Positions 1 through 12,800 of a DNA stretch of 64,000 nt are shown piece after piece; the first letter of the stretch is position 1; each line of letters opens with the position of its first letter. Under the pieces are notes generated by a model. It searched no databases. It saw only the letters and a list, made by a program, of their open reading frames with translations, and was not told the origin of the DNA. The position numbers and the translations under genes are program-made. The stretch comes from Prorocentrum cordatum. Its lineage: Eukaryota. Location: positions 1 through 64,000 of the forward strand of contig CAUYUJ010000275.1 of the NCBI GenBank assembly GCA_963575745.1, written 5' to 3'.

Positions 1-440
1 TTGCAAACCAAGTTGCGGGTGGGAGGGGTGGATGTTTGCGCGAGCAGTGGAGAGGACAGCGTCAAGTTGAGCAAGTGATTAGTTGCAGCACATAGATTGC
101 TCAACGTGGATTGTGCCCACAACTATTGCATAACAGGGGTTGCTCCATATGTATATATATATACATATATATAGCCATCTATATATACACACACCCATAT
201 ATATATATATATATATATTTAAATATATCTAATATATATATATATATATATTGCACAACATCGGTTACACCACCTGCATTCGCACAGTATATTGCACCAC
301 ACTTTTGCAAAAGCATATAATGCAAAATAAAAATTCCCCTTTTCTACACAGAGAATAGACTCTCCCCCCCCCGGGCTTAAAGCTTCCCCCTGGGATAATA
401 CAGTTCATTATATTACATATATAATATATACATATATATA

Positions 441-471
<31 letters not shown>

Positions 472-1760
472 ATATTCTGGACACTCGTCCATCCTAAATA
501 TGAAATCATAGCATCCCAACCAAACCGGTATCCCCCCCCTGAAGTTCCCTGGTAAAGGAACACTATGCGGTGACATCTTTTGTTCTAACATAGCACTTGT
601 TCACGAATCCCTTGCAACAAATGGGACGAAGTGCGCACGCGCGCGTCGTCGCGCGCGCATGCCGAAATCCTTCACAAACCTTCGGTGCCGGACGGATTTC
701 GCAATCGAGTTTCCAAACAACATACAAAAACACATGATTTCGCAACACTGATTTGCTAAAAAAGCTTCCGCGCGAGCTCTTGCGAAATCTTAAGAAAACC
801 ATGGGTTTTTCAAGATTTTCACAAAATGCTACCAAACGGGAGTCGCGCGCGCGCATGTCGAAATCTGTCGAACGCCCTTGCGCGTGTGCCGTCGCGAGGA
901 CCCTTGCAAAAAATTGGACGAAGTGCAGACGCGCGCGTCGTCGCGCGCGTACGCCGAAATCCTTCAGACCCCATCGGTTTCGGAAGGATTTCGCAATCGC
1001 GCGTCCAAAAAAACATACAAACACCCAAGGTTTCGCAACACGGATTCTCAACAAAAGCGTGCGCGCGCGCTCTTGCGTCGTCGTCGTCGTCGTCGTCGCC
1101 GTCCTCCCTCCTCCCGCGTCGTCGTCGTCGTCGTCGTCGCCTACGTCGTCCTCTGTCTTTCCTCGTGCTCGTCGTCGTCGTCCTCTTTGGCGTCGTGGTC
1201 GTTTCGCCGTCGTTGTCGCCGTGGTCGTCCTTCCTCCTCCTCCCACGTCGTCGTCGTCGTCGTCCGTCGTCGGCGTCTCGTCGTCGTCCCTCCTATTTCG
1301 TCGCCGTCGTCGTCGTCGTTGTCGTCGTCGTCTTCCCTCCTCCCTCGTCGTTGTCGTCGTCGGCGTCGCCGTCCTTCCTCCTTCGTCGTCGTTCGCGTCG
1401 TCGCCGTCCTCCCTCCTCCCTCGTCGTTGTCGTCGTTGTCGTCGTTGCCGTCGTTGTCGCCGTCGTCGTCCTCCCTCCTCCCTCGTCGTCTTCGTTGGCG
1501 ACGTCGTCGTCGTCTTCGTCGTCGGCGTCGGCGTCGTCGTCATCGCCGAAGTCGTCGGAGACGTCGTCGGTGTCGTCGTAGTCGGTCTTAAGAGGTTTTG
1601 CAAACCAAGTTGCGGGTGGGAGGGTGGGATGTTTGCACGAGCAGTGGAGATGACAGCTTCAAGACAGTCAAAGTGGATTTTGATCATAGATTGCGCCACA
1701 TAGATTGCACATCATAGTGTTGCACGCATATTGCTCCACATTTGTTACACCACGTAGATG
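1..1760. repeat. Direct-repeat pair (1-~310 and 1598-~1760) enclosing an internal ~290-bp duplication and a (GTC)n tract
   Basis: TTGCAAACCAAGTTGCGGGTGGGAGGG..TGGATGTTTGC.CGAGCAGTGGAGA occurs at 1 and 1598; CCCTTGCAA.AAAT.GGACGAAGTGC... occurs at ~610 and ~901. Confidence 0.75.
1076..1585. repeat. Degenerate (GTC)n/(CCT)n microsatellite
   Basis: Directly visible; explains the poly-R/T/S/V ORFs here. Confidence 0.95.
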
Positions 1761-3552
1761 GTTAGAAACATACTGTTTGGGGCCCACTCATACTAACATG
1801 CGGCTAGTTTTGTAACATGCATGTATATGTGTGCGCTGCCGTATACAAGGTGTGCATACATTTTTATATATATATATATACACATACATACACACACATA
1901 TATATATAGATATATGTATATGGATGTGTTTGTGTGTACCTGGCGGTCCATACTCCAACGCCACTGGGAAACACAATGGTCATCGCGACCTGTGGCTCTG
2001 GGTCCTAGCATATGCTGGCCCCGACGCAACGCACAGCAGCAGCTTCAGTCCTACAGGTTGCAAGAGCCCGATCGCTCGGCTGGCTGCCTTCCAAGCCAAA
2101 CCTGCGAGCGAAGCTTGGCAAGAAGCAATGCTGCGCCCGCAGATTCCAGGGCGCGCACTTCCAGCTGCGCTCGCTTGCAGCTCCGCTCGTTTCAGCTTCC
2201 CCGCGTCTCCCCCTGCCCCCTTCGCCGCGTGCCCCTCCCAAGCGGGAGTACGACATCGGCAGAGCTGTCAAGCAGAGGCGGCTGGACAGTCCGCCGGCGA
2301 GGGAGAAATCGGCCTCCCCGAAGGAGCACGACGGCCCTGTGGCAGCCGCGGCGCTGGCCGTCAGCCTTCGTCCACTCCACAGCCCCCCTGGCCTCTGCTT
2401 GACCTCGAGGGTTGACAGGAAACGCGCGCGGCCGGCGGGGCGCCCTGCCTCGCGCTGCACAAGTCGAGCCGAAACTGCGGGAGGCAGAGGGGAAGGCCAG
2501 GGGCACGCTCGAGCGAGGCGCCCCTTCTCGTGTTGCAGGGCGAGCCTGCGCTGCGGGATCAGGTGGGCCTAGGGCAAAGCCGACTCGCAGCGGAGGCATC
2601 TGCTGGCATGCCGGCCAGCAGCTGGGCCGCTGGGCATGACCTGGGTCAGAAGCCTCTGCAACAGCTCCTCCTCCTCCTCCTCCTCCTCCTCCTCCTCCAC
2701 CACCACCATTTCATCATTCTCCTCCTCCTCGCCCTCCCCTCTCGCAGACCTCGCAGACCTCATCGGCATGTGGTCACTCTGCACAGAGCGGCCACCTGAT
2801 GATGCCAGAGGGTGGGAAGGATGGAATCTGATGCGGCAGGGATCGACCTAAACGGCCTTTTTCCTTCCCGGTTTGTTTTCACTTTCCCTCGTTTCGTCTT
2901 CAGCCTGCCTTTGCCGCAAAACGACATCGAAGCGGAAACGGCCCACGAAATCGCCCAAACACCGTTTAGGTCGACCCCCGTGAAGCCAGGAGGGGGAAGG
3001 GGGGCGGGGAGGGAGCGGGGAGGGGAGGCGGGCCCCAGAGGCCCATAGGCCCCTTCCCCAAGAGACTGGCATTTCCTCCCGAGCCGTTGTTTGACGGCCC
3101 CCGCCCGGGCGGGGCAAATCCGCAGGCCGAACCCGGCCGAAAGCCTCCCGTCGCGATCTTTCTTCGCAGGAGAGGAGAAGGGGGGGAGGGGTGGGGGAAG
3201 GAAGGAGGAGAATGGGCGGAGCAGGGAGGCAGAGATGGCTCTCAGCAAAGATGTGTGGAGGGGGGGCGGACTAACCTCAGAGGGCCTTCAGTGCCAACCA
3301 GCCCCCCCTCTTCAGCTCTCGGCTGGCAATGGAACTCGTCCTTCCCCTCCTCGTCCTTCCCCTCTTTGTCCTCCCTCTCGTCCTCCCCTTCGTTGTTAGG
3401 AGCCGAGCGGGCCGGGGTCCCCATCGAACGCAGGGGCGGGCAACGCCTGCAAAGCGGGCCCCGATCCGAGCCTAGGCCTGGCGCTTTCCACGAGGCACAG
3501 GCCCGGCTGTTCTCGGGGGGCTATAGGGGGGACAAATTCGTGCAAGCTTCGC

Positions 3553-4338
3553 CGTTATGGTCTAGGGCAAGGAGGGACAGGGGGAACTCAAGACCCCTCG
3601 CCTCGCCTTAGCCCTGTGGACAAGGGGACACGGGGACCACCCCGTCTGGGGGCGGGTCGCCAGCAGGGATCTGGGGAGAGGTACTGCCTTTCAGGGTCGG
3701 CGGCGCTGGCCGCAAGGCCTTCACAATTCGCTGGCCCAGCGGGCCAAAGGCGTGCTCAGATCTCCGGTAGCAGGTTAACAATATTTCATGGCGGCCCCTG
3801 GGGACCCCTGGACGAAAAGCATCCCGGCCGATGCCCGGCCGACTGCGCTCCAGGAGCGCGCCAAGAGGGCGGCGGGACGCCCACTGCACGGCCCAAGAGG
3901 CCCCGAGAGGGCACCAAGACGGTCCAAGAGGCGCCTAAGACGGCCCAAGAGGGTCCCCAAACGGCTCCAAGAGGGTCTCAAGAAGGGGACCAGGAAACGA
4001 AAATTCCAGCCTTCAGCCCCAAGAGGCCCCCAGGAGGCCCTAAGAGGCCCCAGGGGGGCCCCAAGAGGCACCCCAAGAAGCCCCAATAGGCCCCCAAGAG
4101 GCCCCAAGAGGCCCCAAGAGGCCCCAACACGGCCCCCAAGAGGCCTCAAGTCTGCCTCCCAGAGGCCCCCGAGAGGCCAAAAACGAGAGCCCAACCAACA
4201 TCCATGAGAACTCTGACCCACCACCCACCGCCGCCCAAAAAATGGCAGCCGCCCGACGGCACCGCCTTGACAACAACACCCCGACAAACGACAACGGCGA
4301 TGCAATATGGGCCGGCGGAATGAGCGAAGAGATTCAAT
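3553..4338 (+). mobile_element. Non-autonomous CCAAGA-rich dispersed element flanked by 18-bp direct repeats
   Basis: AATTCGTGCAAGCTTCGC at 3535-3552 and 4339-4356; internal GGCCCCAAGAG-type repeats at 3880-4210. Confidence 0.6.
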
Positions 4339-4539
4339 AATTCGTGCAAGCTTCGCTGGTTTGGGATAGGGGAAAGACAGATGGATACTCTGAAGCTGGG
4401 ACGTCCAGAGATGCCGGCCGCGGCATGCGGACACGGCGGGCTCAGCGAACTGAACAACACGCTTGGCACTGTGATTCCGCCCGCGGCATCCAGACGCGGC
4501 GTGGAGGAAGGCATGAACACTGAGACCGAGGGGGGAGGA

Positions 4540-4560
4540 GGAGGAGAAGGCAAGCGTACC

Positions 4561-4610
<50 letters not shown>

Positions 4611-4850
4611 CCCTTCCCGCGGCGCGCCTCGGCGGAGGAGGATGAGGAGGGGTGTGGTGGAGGAGGAGGAGGAGGAGGAGGAGGAGGAGGAGGAGGAGGA
4701 GGAGGAGGAGGAAGAGGAGGGTGGGGGTGTGATCCGCTGGGCCCTCTGAGGGCTTCCTTGGGTCCTGAGGAGGATGAGGTTCCGCAGGAGGAGGAGGAGG
4801 AGGAGGAGGAGGAGGAGGAGGAGGAGGAGGAAGAGGAGGAGGAGGAGTGA
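4540..4850. repeat. (GAC)n and (GGA)n microsatellites
   Basis: Directly visible. Confidence 0.95.
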
Positions 4851-5223
4851 GACCGAGACCGAGGGGGGCCGTCGTCAAGCAGTTGTATACGCATGAAGCT
4901 GTGCTCAACAATCGCAGTGCACGCAAGGCGACAGAGGCCGACGGCGCGGTGAACACATTCCATCATGAGATGGGGGAAGGTCTACGTGGGCCAAGTGCAG
5001 AGCGACGGGGAAGTCGCGCGGAACCAAGGAGAACAACCCACGACCTCGATCGTCGGCCAGAGGAGCTGAGAGGGGGAAGGTGTGAGGCGAGAGGGGGGAC
5101 AAGCTCGGAGCGCTGGCGCCACTGCCTCACAGCCTGCCCCCTCCCACCAGTCCCTTCCCACCGCGCTGGGTCCATTTCTGCCTGCAGGCTGGGACGTCCT
5201 GGAGGATCTGGATCCCCCGCATA

Positions 5224-5500
5224 CCACCAGCCCTCTGGGCTCATGTGGTCTAGCGCGCTTCCTCTCCCAACCCGCTTCTTCCCCTTCGGGGAGGGTGTTG
5301 ACCCTCCCCCTCCCCCCTCCCCCTAGGTCTGGACGGGGGTGGGCATGAGCGGTCAGAGCGTCCAAGATAGTCCAACCTTGCTCCAAGATAGCTTCCGACA
5401 GCGCAAGATGGCTTCCAAGATGGTGCAATATGGTCCAGGATTGCTCAAGATGTCCTCCAAAACGCCTCTGACAGGCCCCAATCTCGCCCAAAGACAGTTC
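5224..5500 (+). repeat. Dispersed repeat with double-hairpin head, copy 1, followed by CCAAGA-rich body
   Basis: CCACCAGCCC..GGGC.....TGGT and CTTCCCCTTCGGGGA recur at 8073-8150 and 57125-57240. Confidence 0.7.
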
Positions 5501-5749
5501 CATGTCCCCACAGAGCCTCCCAATCAAGGCTCAAGCTAAACAATGTTTTTCATCGGAAGTGAAAGGGTCAGATCGCAATGAAACGGAGTGCCCCCGATCC
5601 TGAACTCAGTTTCGGTTTCGTGCTCGTGTCATGCGTGCGGCCGAGGCGAAGCTGCGTGGGCGGGCGAAAAGAATGAACCCTCACTTGCCAGGGCGCCGCC
5701 CGGGAAAAAGACTGCGCCCCCTGCCTTGTCCGGAAGTGGCCGAGGGTGT

Positions 5750-6335
5750 CCCGCCGTGGTGTCCCGATGGTGTCCCGTGGCGTCCCGTGGTGTCCCACGG
5801 TGGCCCGTGGTGTCCCGTGATGCGGTGCCCCGTGGTGTCCTGTGGTGTCACGTGAGGCCAATCGTGAAATCGACTGTGAGATCGATTGTGAAATCGATTG
5901 GGAGATCGGTAGTGGTATCGATACTGAGATCAATACTGGGATCACTAGTGATATCGAATGAGAGGTCGACTGTGAGATGGATTTTAAGACCGACAGTGGG
6001 ACCGAGAGCGAGGCCGATACTGAGATCGATAGTGAGATCGAACATAATATCGATAGTGAGATCTATAGTGGGATCGATATTGATCGATGGTGAGATCACT
6101 TGTGAGATCGATAGTGGGATCGATAGTGAACGATAGTGATATCGATCATGAGATCGATCGTGGGATCGATAGTGAGATCGATCGTGAGATCGATTGTGAG
6201 ATCGATCGGAAGATCGATTGTGAGATCGCCAATAGTGAGATAGATAGTGGGATCGACGGTGAGATCGATAGTGGAATCGATTGTGGTGTCGATCGAGTGA
6301 TCTCGATAGTGAGATCAGTCGTGAGATCGATTGAA
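5750..6335. repeat. GTGGTGTCCC 10-mer array followed by a degenerate ~12-mer GAGATCGATAGT minisatellite
   Basis: Directly visible; very dense GATC/ATCGAT. Confidence 0.85.
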
Positions 6336-8072
6336 TGAGACGTTGGTTCCTCCCCCTCCCCGAACCTGCTTCACATCTGGCCATGAAATCGCTAACATAC
6401 CGTTTAGCTCGCGCCCTGTCCCCCAATACCGCTCCCGAGAGGCCCACATTCTTTGAACACCAAAGGAAGCAACTGATTTGGGCCTTCCTGCCGTTTCGCT
6501 TCCAATGGGCGTCTGGGGCCTCCGGATGACTCCTTCAAGATGGCCCAAGAGAGCCCCACGAGGGGCACAGGACGGCTCCAGAGTGGGGGCCCCGAGAGCG
6601 CCCCAATAGCGCCCCAAGAGATCTCCAAGGGCCAAGAGGTTCATGTCGAAACGTCCGAGAAGGCATTGATGGTTGACTCCTGGGTCTGCTCAGGCTGATC
6701 CCGAGTTTCGGTCTGAAGGCTGTCCCTCCCCCAAAGTTCCACTGCATGCTCGAGGGGAGCAAAGAGCCGATCCTGAAGTGTGGCCAACGCTGCAGGGGGA
6801 GCACCAGTCTGTGAAACAGCAGTACGCCAGACAAGCGGCGCCACGGCTTGACATGATCAGGCGAGAGAGTCGGAGTGACATCAATATCGAATGATCGTTG
6901 ATATCATGCGGGAGGAGGAATGAGGAAGGGGGACGGAGGAGGAGGAGGAGGAGGAGGAGGAGGAGGAGGAGGAGGAGGACAATGAGGGAAGATACGAATA
7001 GGGAACGGGCCGGGGGGATAAAGATAGGAACTGGGAGCTCGGATACATATGATGGGAGGACGGGAGGTGAGACTTGCTGCAACACTTTTCATTCGGAACT
7101 CACACATACTGCCGCTACCCTCGTGTGGCCTCGCCATCTCGTGCCCGATTCTAAGGAGTCCTTCGAAGTCTTGCACTTGAACACCATGCAGATGTCGTGG
7201 GCTCTTCTAGGCCTCACGCGCGCTCCGCGAACGCCCAATCTGCGCTCGCCTCTTCATGGCTGTCCCGCTTTTCCGTCCCACCCACGCCGGGGCAAGAACA
7301 GAGCAATTGCAACCGCACGGACCTGCGAGCATCACTGCTCATACTTGTCCTACGGGCGGGAACTTGTGCCTCGCGTGTCGCGACGGGGGCCCCAGCGACA
7401 CGCTGCGCCCTGCAAGCGGATAGCGTGGCGGGGGGCAGGACATGGCTCGGGACGCGGACGCTCGGAAATGGGGACGTGGTGCGCATGTCGAGCGGAAGCT
7501 TGGTGGGCCAGAATCGGCGGCGTGACACGCTGAGTCAAAACTCCTGACCGTATTGCTTATTCTGCCCTGCTCTGGTGTTATCTCGTGAACGGGAAGCCAT
7601 GCCTGTGCCGCCAACTGCTCTCCGACGGGTCTCTCCGCCCCGCCCTTCGACCGTGCCCTTCGACCGTGCCCTCTGCCTGGCAGTGGGGCGCCCCGCCTCG
7701 GGCGAGCGTCTTCCGCCTCCTTGGGGGAGGTGGGCGGAGGGAGGCAGAAGGCGGCGGGGGCGGAGAAGGGAGGAGGACAACGACGGAAGGAGGGGAGGTG
7801 GGGAGAGGGGGGCAGCATGGAGCAAGGAGGGACGGGGGGAGGGAGACCGGGGTAGGATAGGGGGAAGCGGGGGGAGTGAGGGAAGGAGGAGGCGGGCGAC
7901 GGCCGAGGGGGAGGAGGGGGGGAAGTGGGAGGACGCAGGCGGGAGGTAGGGCATGTTTGTGTTGTCTATTGGTTTGTTGTCTATTCAGTGTTGTTTAGTT
8001 GGTCACTTCTTATTCCGGAAGAAAGAACATATGGCTACACGCCCCCATTCAAGGGACATCTCTCCGTCTGAG

Positions 8073-8680
8073 TCCCACCAGCCCTTTCGGGCGTAGGTGG
8101 TCTAGGGCGTCTCCTCTTCCACCCCTCCCTCTTCCCCTTCGGGGAAGGGTTTTATCATTGTTCCTTATTAATATACACCCCCTCCCCCAGGCGACCGGGG
8201 GCCAACCAAGCACCATGCCGACACCATGCCCACCCACCCCCCACCATCCCTGTCAAACAACAATGCAAACCGCACTCTGCCTCCACATTTGGAGCATGCG
8301 CGGCCAACCCGATGCGGCCCCCCCACCATCCCTGTCAAAAATCAATGCAACATACACTTTGTTGCAAAGTCTTGCGTCATGCTCGTGAGGCCCGCGAGCA
8401 CTTCGTGTTGTTTTTGACAGGGGCGGCGGGGGTGTCAGCATATTCCCTGCTGCGCGCAGGGCTACCATCCCTGACAACAAACAAGACAACATGCACCTCG
8501 CGGCTAGATCTGGATCGTGCGCGGCCATCCCGCGATCACTGTCAAGTGGTTTTTGACAGGGACGGCGGGGGTGGTGGCGCGTGGCCTGCTGTGCGCAGGG
8601 CCAGCAGACACAATGATGGGTATCGGTTTTCGACAAGGATGGCGGGGGCCGACATGTTTCCCGATGTGTGCTGTCACGTG
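8073..8680. repeat. Double-hairpin repeat copy 2 plus cluster of ACCATCCCTGTCAAA motifs in both orientations
   Basis: Forward motif at ~8243, 8325, 8464; reverse TTTTGACAGGG at ~8412, 8551, degenerate at 8627. Confidence 0.65.
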
Positions 8681-8869
8681 CGCAGGCGCACCTGACGCAC
8701 TCTGCACGTGCCCCGACCGCGGCGCACCTGGCGCGGCTTGACCGTGCGACACACCTGGCGCACTCGGAGCACGTGGCGCATCCGGCGCACCAGGCGTGCC
8801 CGGCACGCTCGGGCCCCAGGAGTGCCTGGCGCGCGTGGCGCCCCTGTCACGCGTGGCTCCACGAGCGCC

Positions 8870-9440
8870 TCGGAGAGACCAAGATGAGGTCCAAGATGGC
8901 CCAAGATACCCCAATATGCTTCAAAATGGCCCCCAAAATGCTCCAAGAGGCCCCAAGACCGCTCTAATACGGCTCCAAGTTGCCAAAGAGCTTCCCAAGG
9001 AGACCCCGAAGAGGCATACATCCTTCCCAAACCTAGAGAAAATCAATGTTGGTTGCTGTGTTGCCTTTTCGCTTCCGATGGGTTTCCGAAGCCCCAAGGT
9101 GGCTCCAAGCGGGCCCAAGAGGGCCCCAAGAGGGGCCCAAGAGAGCCCCAAGACGGCCCCAAGAACGCTCAAGAGCGTTCCAAGAGCGCCCCACGAGGGG
9201 CCCAATAGGCGACTTGTGGAGCTCCCGAAGGGGGGAGGGCTACTTGAGCACCCCCTCTGTTTTGATCGATGTCTTCCAAGATGGCCCCAAGAGTGCCCCA
9301 AGAGGGCCCCAACAGGCGCCCAGGCAGCCCCAAGAGACGCCAAAGAGGCCGCCAAGAGGATCCCAAGAGGCCCCCGAATAGGCTCAAGAAGGAGGATCTC
9401 CGAGGCAGCCAAGGCCCTCAAAGAAGCCCCTGGGCTCGCC
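8870..9440 (+). repeat. CCAAGA-rich dispersed repeat copy
   Basis: CCAAGATGGCCCCAAGAG-type units; GCCTTTTCGCTTCCGATGG segment resembles 6490 and 57485. Confidence 0.8.
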
Positions 9441-9899
9441 AAGATGTTCCTTCTCCTCCTCCTCCTTCTCCTCCTCCCTGTCCACTGTCTGTTCCTCCTT
9501 CCTCATCATCGCCCTCCTCCTCCTCCTCCTCCTTTGTTTCCTCCTCCTCCTCTTCCTCCTCCTTCTCCTCCACCACCCTTTCCCTCTTGGGACATCGGAC
9601 GGCGTTTCCCGCCCTTCGTTATTCTGCATGCTCCCCCGTGTCCCTGATCACCTCAACTCCCCCCTCTGGGCATAGTTTCTGGATGGGCTGGTGGGGACAC
9701 GTTTTGGTCAACAGGCTCGCGAGGCGGATCGAAAGCCGTCCGAACACTTGTCGGGCTGCGACTAGGCAGCAGGAGAGCACGTGGGGACACGCGAAGCGTC
9801 AACAACTCTCGTCATTGCCGTCAGCTTGGGCAAAGACGAGAGGCTGCCTGTTCATCCTCTTCAAGGGGGGTCGCCTCCGAGACCTGGCGCAGAGCAGCT

Positions 9900-11720
9900 G
9901 CCTCTGGCCCAGGGGCCCGTACGGCAGAGTGAGGGAACGCCTGCACCTGTTCGGGAAGACGACTGCCCTTTACCGACAGCGCGACACTCAGACTCTCTGG
10001 GGCAATCCTGGGACACAGCACCAGGACCGACCCCCAGAGTCCCCTCAAAGATGAGGTTTTGCTCAACCAGGGCCCTCCAAGGCCCGTCCAGGGTGGACAA
10101 AAACGCAGACCGCTTGCGCGCCCCACTTCTTCAGAAACGAGCGAGCAGGGCTTAGGCACGTGCGTGGCTCGCCCGCCTGTGCTGCAGCGGCGGCAGTGGG
10201 GGGCATATCAAAAGGATAGAGCAGCCAGTATAACCTACAAGCTCAAAAACGATGCTGGCTCTCTTTCAGCACCTTGGGGTCAAGACGGGAAAGGGGGGGA
10301 TGCGCGGGCAACTCACAGACACCTGGATGAGGGCGGCTCTCTCCCCTCCCCCCTCGCAAACAAGACGTGCATTGCCGAAGAGAAGAGGCCCAGACCCAAC
10401 CATGACTGGGATTTGCGGCCTTCCTTCCACTGCTGCCTGGTTGCTAAACTCTACTCGCGTGAGGTCCAGCGGAGCCCACAGAAGGAGCACATTGGTGGCC
10501 GTATGGGCCACGGCCCGAAGAAATCTCCGCATGCCTGTCAACTCGCTCCTGAGACTCCTGGTCTGTACTGGGGTGGACCTGCGCTCCGAGCTCGGCTGCC
10601 TTGTCGGCGGAAAAACTGCCGACGCGCACGCTTCTCGAGGTCAGGCATCCCCTGACAGTATGGTTTTGTGGGACGCGACTTCGGCTGCACCTTCGATGCG
10701 CCCTGCGGTCCCTGCAACAAGCTTCCACAACGTGCCCAGAGTAGACCCTGTGACCGGACGCTCTTTCAGAAGAAGACCACCCACTGCAATCACAACGCTA
10801 GCACCGCTGGAGTACAACGCGGAGCCACCGTCTACGCTGACTCCTGCCGATGCACAACAGAACAACTTCCCTGTTTGAAAGGATTGCAGAAAATGGTCCC
10901 ACGCGGGAACGCAAGCCAGCTCAACAATTTATAATATTGCGCGCTTTCCACGAGCTCCCGTCCAGTACGACCGAATTCCTCTACAACCGATTCCAAACCG
11001 CTGCCGTCGAGGAAGATGTTTCGCTGGAGAGACCCGCCATTCAGCCACCGCTGAGCCAAGGCCTCATGAACCTCCTTCCCCGAAAACCTCGCAGACCGCG
11101 CCGTCCACATTACGTTCAGTGAGCAGCCCACGACCCAAATCTCCATGGTGATGGGAAGGCTCCAGAAACAAGACCAGCAGCGACTCCCGAGCTTCCAAAG
11201 CAGCCTTGGTGATCTTGGGGGCTACGACGAAAGCTCTGGATTCCGCGGCCGCATCGCGCACCCGCGCCAAGTGGTGCAGCGCGTTAACCTTAGGCTGGTA
11301 CAGCGGGCGCCACTGGGAGACCTGGTGGCCCACGCCGCGGCCGCCGCCGCCGCCCGAGCCCTCGGCTCCGCAGACTTGCGGGCCGTGGGATAGACTGACA
11401 GGGGCTGGACAGGGCCATGTAAATGCTGGCCTCCTCTGCTTCGCCCTTCCATCTCCCCCAGCTCGGGGGGCCTTCGCTCCTGGCTGAGCTCGCGGCCCAG
11501 AGTGCACCGACGACTCCGCCGTCGTAGAGAAAGGGGCATCGAGGCAACTAAATTCAGCTACGCCTGCAGAGCACACTCCGTCCACGAGCTTTCCAAAAGC
11601 CAGCCTTTTCACTTGGCGCAGGATGGCCTCGCGATGGAGGCGCTTGAGGAGCCCAGGCGATAGCGGAAGGAGTGCGCGTGCAACGCGCCAACCGCGGGCC
11701 ATCACTGCAACTGGCACCAT
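9900..11720 (-). pseudogene. Decayed 3' part of a non-LTR retrotransposon ORF with RNase H domain
   Basis: Across frames: SPGLLKRLHREA, IFLDGSG (10997-11017, RNase H first Asp), VASHK, GSFSADKAAELGA (GN..AD..A-like); frameshifts and stops. Confidence 0.5.
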
Positions 11721-12689
11721 CGCCCGTGGGGCACCCGGGGCGCGCGCCCCCCCAAAAAAACAAAAACATAAGCGGCTGTAAACACAGACAGGTTACAACC
11801 TCTTTTCGAGGTTTCCTTCGCTCTGAACAACCAAAGAACAGGGAACCCCAAATTGCAAACGCAACCGGGCCCGGCCGCCGCTTATGTTTCCAGCTTCCCA
11901 GTATTCTCCACGGGCTGGTGGTGCTGGGTCGCCTGGGGTTGAGCGGTCGTCTCCAGGGCCTGCTCGAAGCTGTTGACCTGCTGCTTTGACGTGCAGCGGA
12001 ACTCCTCTGTTGCTAGTCCAGCATGGGGCATCTCGGAAAAATCCGAGATCTGCAAAAAAGATTCATTATTCGGCTGGGTGGAATGCTGGAGAGCCGTGCG
12101 CAAGGCGACCGCAAGCTCGGACTCGAACTGCTGCAGCTCGATGGCGGCCTCCTTCTTCTCCGCCTCGGGCTGGGTGACCTTACCTGCCAGCTCCGATATG
12201 TTTGCCACACGTAGGGACGTCCCTTACCCACAGCCATGGTTTGGAGCCTCGCCAGCAGCACGCAACGCAGAGGAGCAACGATGTGGCGGACGCTGAACGC
12301 CGCCTGAACCAGGTTGGGCGCCCGAGCCACGTGCAGCGAGGGCAGTTGAAAAGATACCGAACAGCCAAGCTGCTCTGCCTGCCGCGGATCAGCGGCATCC
12401 ACGGTTCACCTGAGAACCTTGCATCTTGAACCAACATGGTTATGGGTCTTCCTGCTCCAGGTGGTGCATGATGCACGTGGCACACAAGAGGACGAGGCTT
12501 GACTAGCAACGACTGAGCTTGACTGGCCAAGAGAGGGTCTCCCGGCCCAACTGGCCGCCGCCGACGCTCGATGATCACCCCGCCGCCGCCGATTTTCGGG
12601 GCCCCGGGCGCCGAAGTTGAGCGGAGGGCGAAGCGATGCGGGGGCCCTCCCCAGGAGAGGGCCAACAGCGCCCCCAACCCCCTGCGCCG

Positions 12690-12800
12690 TTTCGGGCCCC
12701 CGCAGCGGCCCTCTGGGCCTCGTGGGGCGGGTGCTCCAGATGCCGGGGGGGCACCCTGGGAGAATCCTGGGGGCACCTTGGACCATGGACACCTTTGGCA
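12690..12800 (+). repeat. Dispersed repeat family Y, copy 1
   Basis: ATCCTGGGGGCACC.TGG core and flanks recur at 22740-22915 and 31800-31970. Confidence 0.7.

Noticed and set aside
563..1703. Long overlapping ORFs on both strands
   Set aside because: Products of (GTC)n repeats that lack stop codons
1..1760. LTR retrotransposon
   Set aside because: Direct repeats lack visible TG..CA ends, primer-binding site or internal gag/pol; left repeat is cut by the window edge
8796..9647. Pro/Arg/Lys-rich collagen-like ORF
   Set aside because: Translation of the non-coding CCAAGA-rich repeat; similar pseudo-ORFs appear at every copy in several frames
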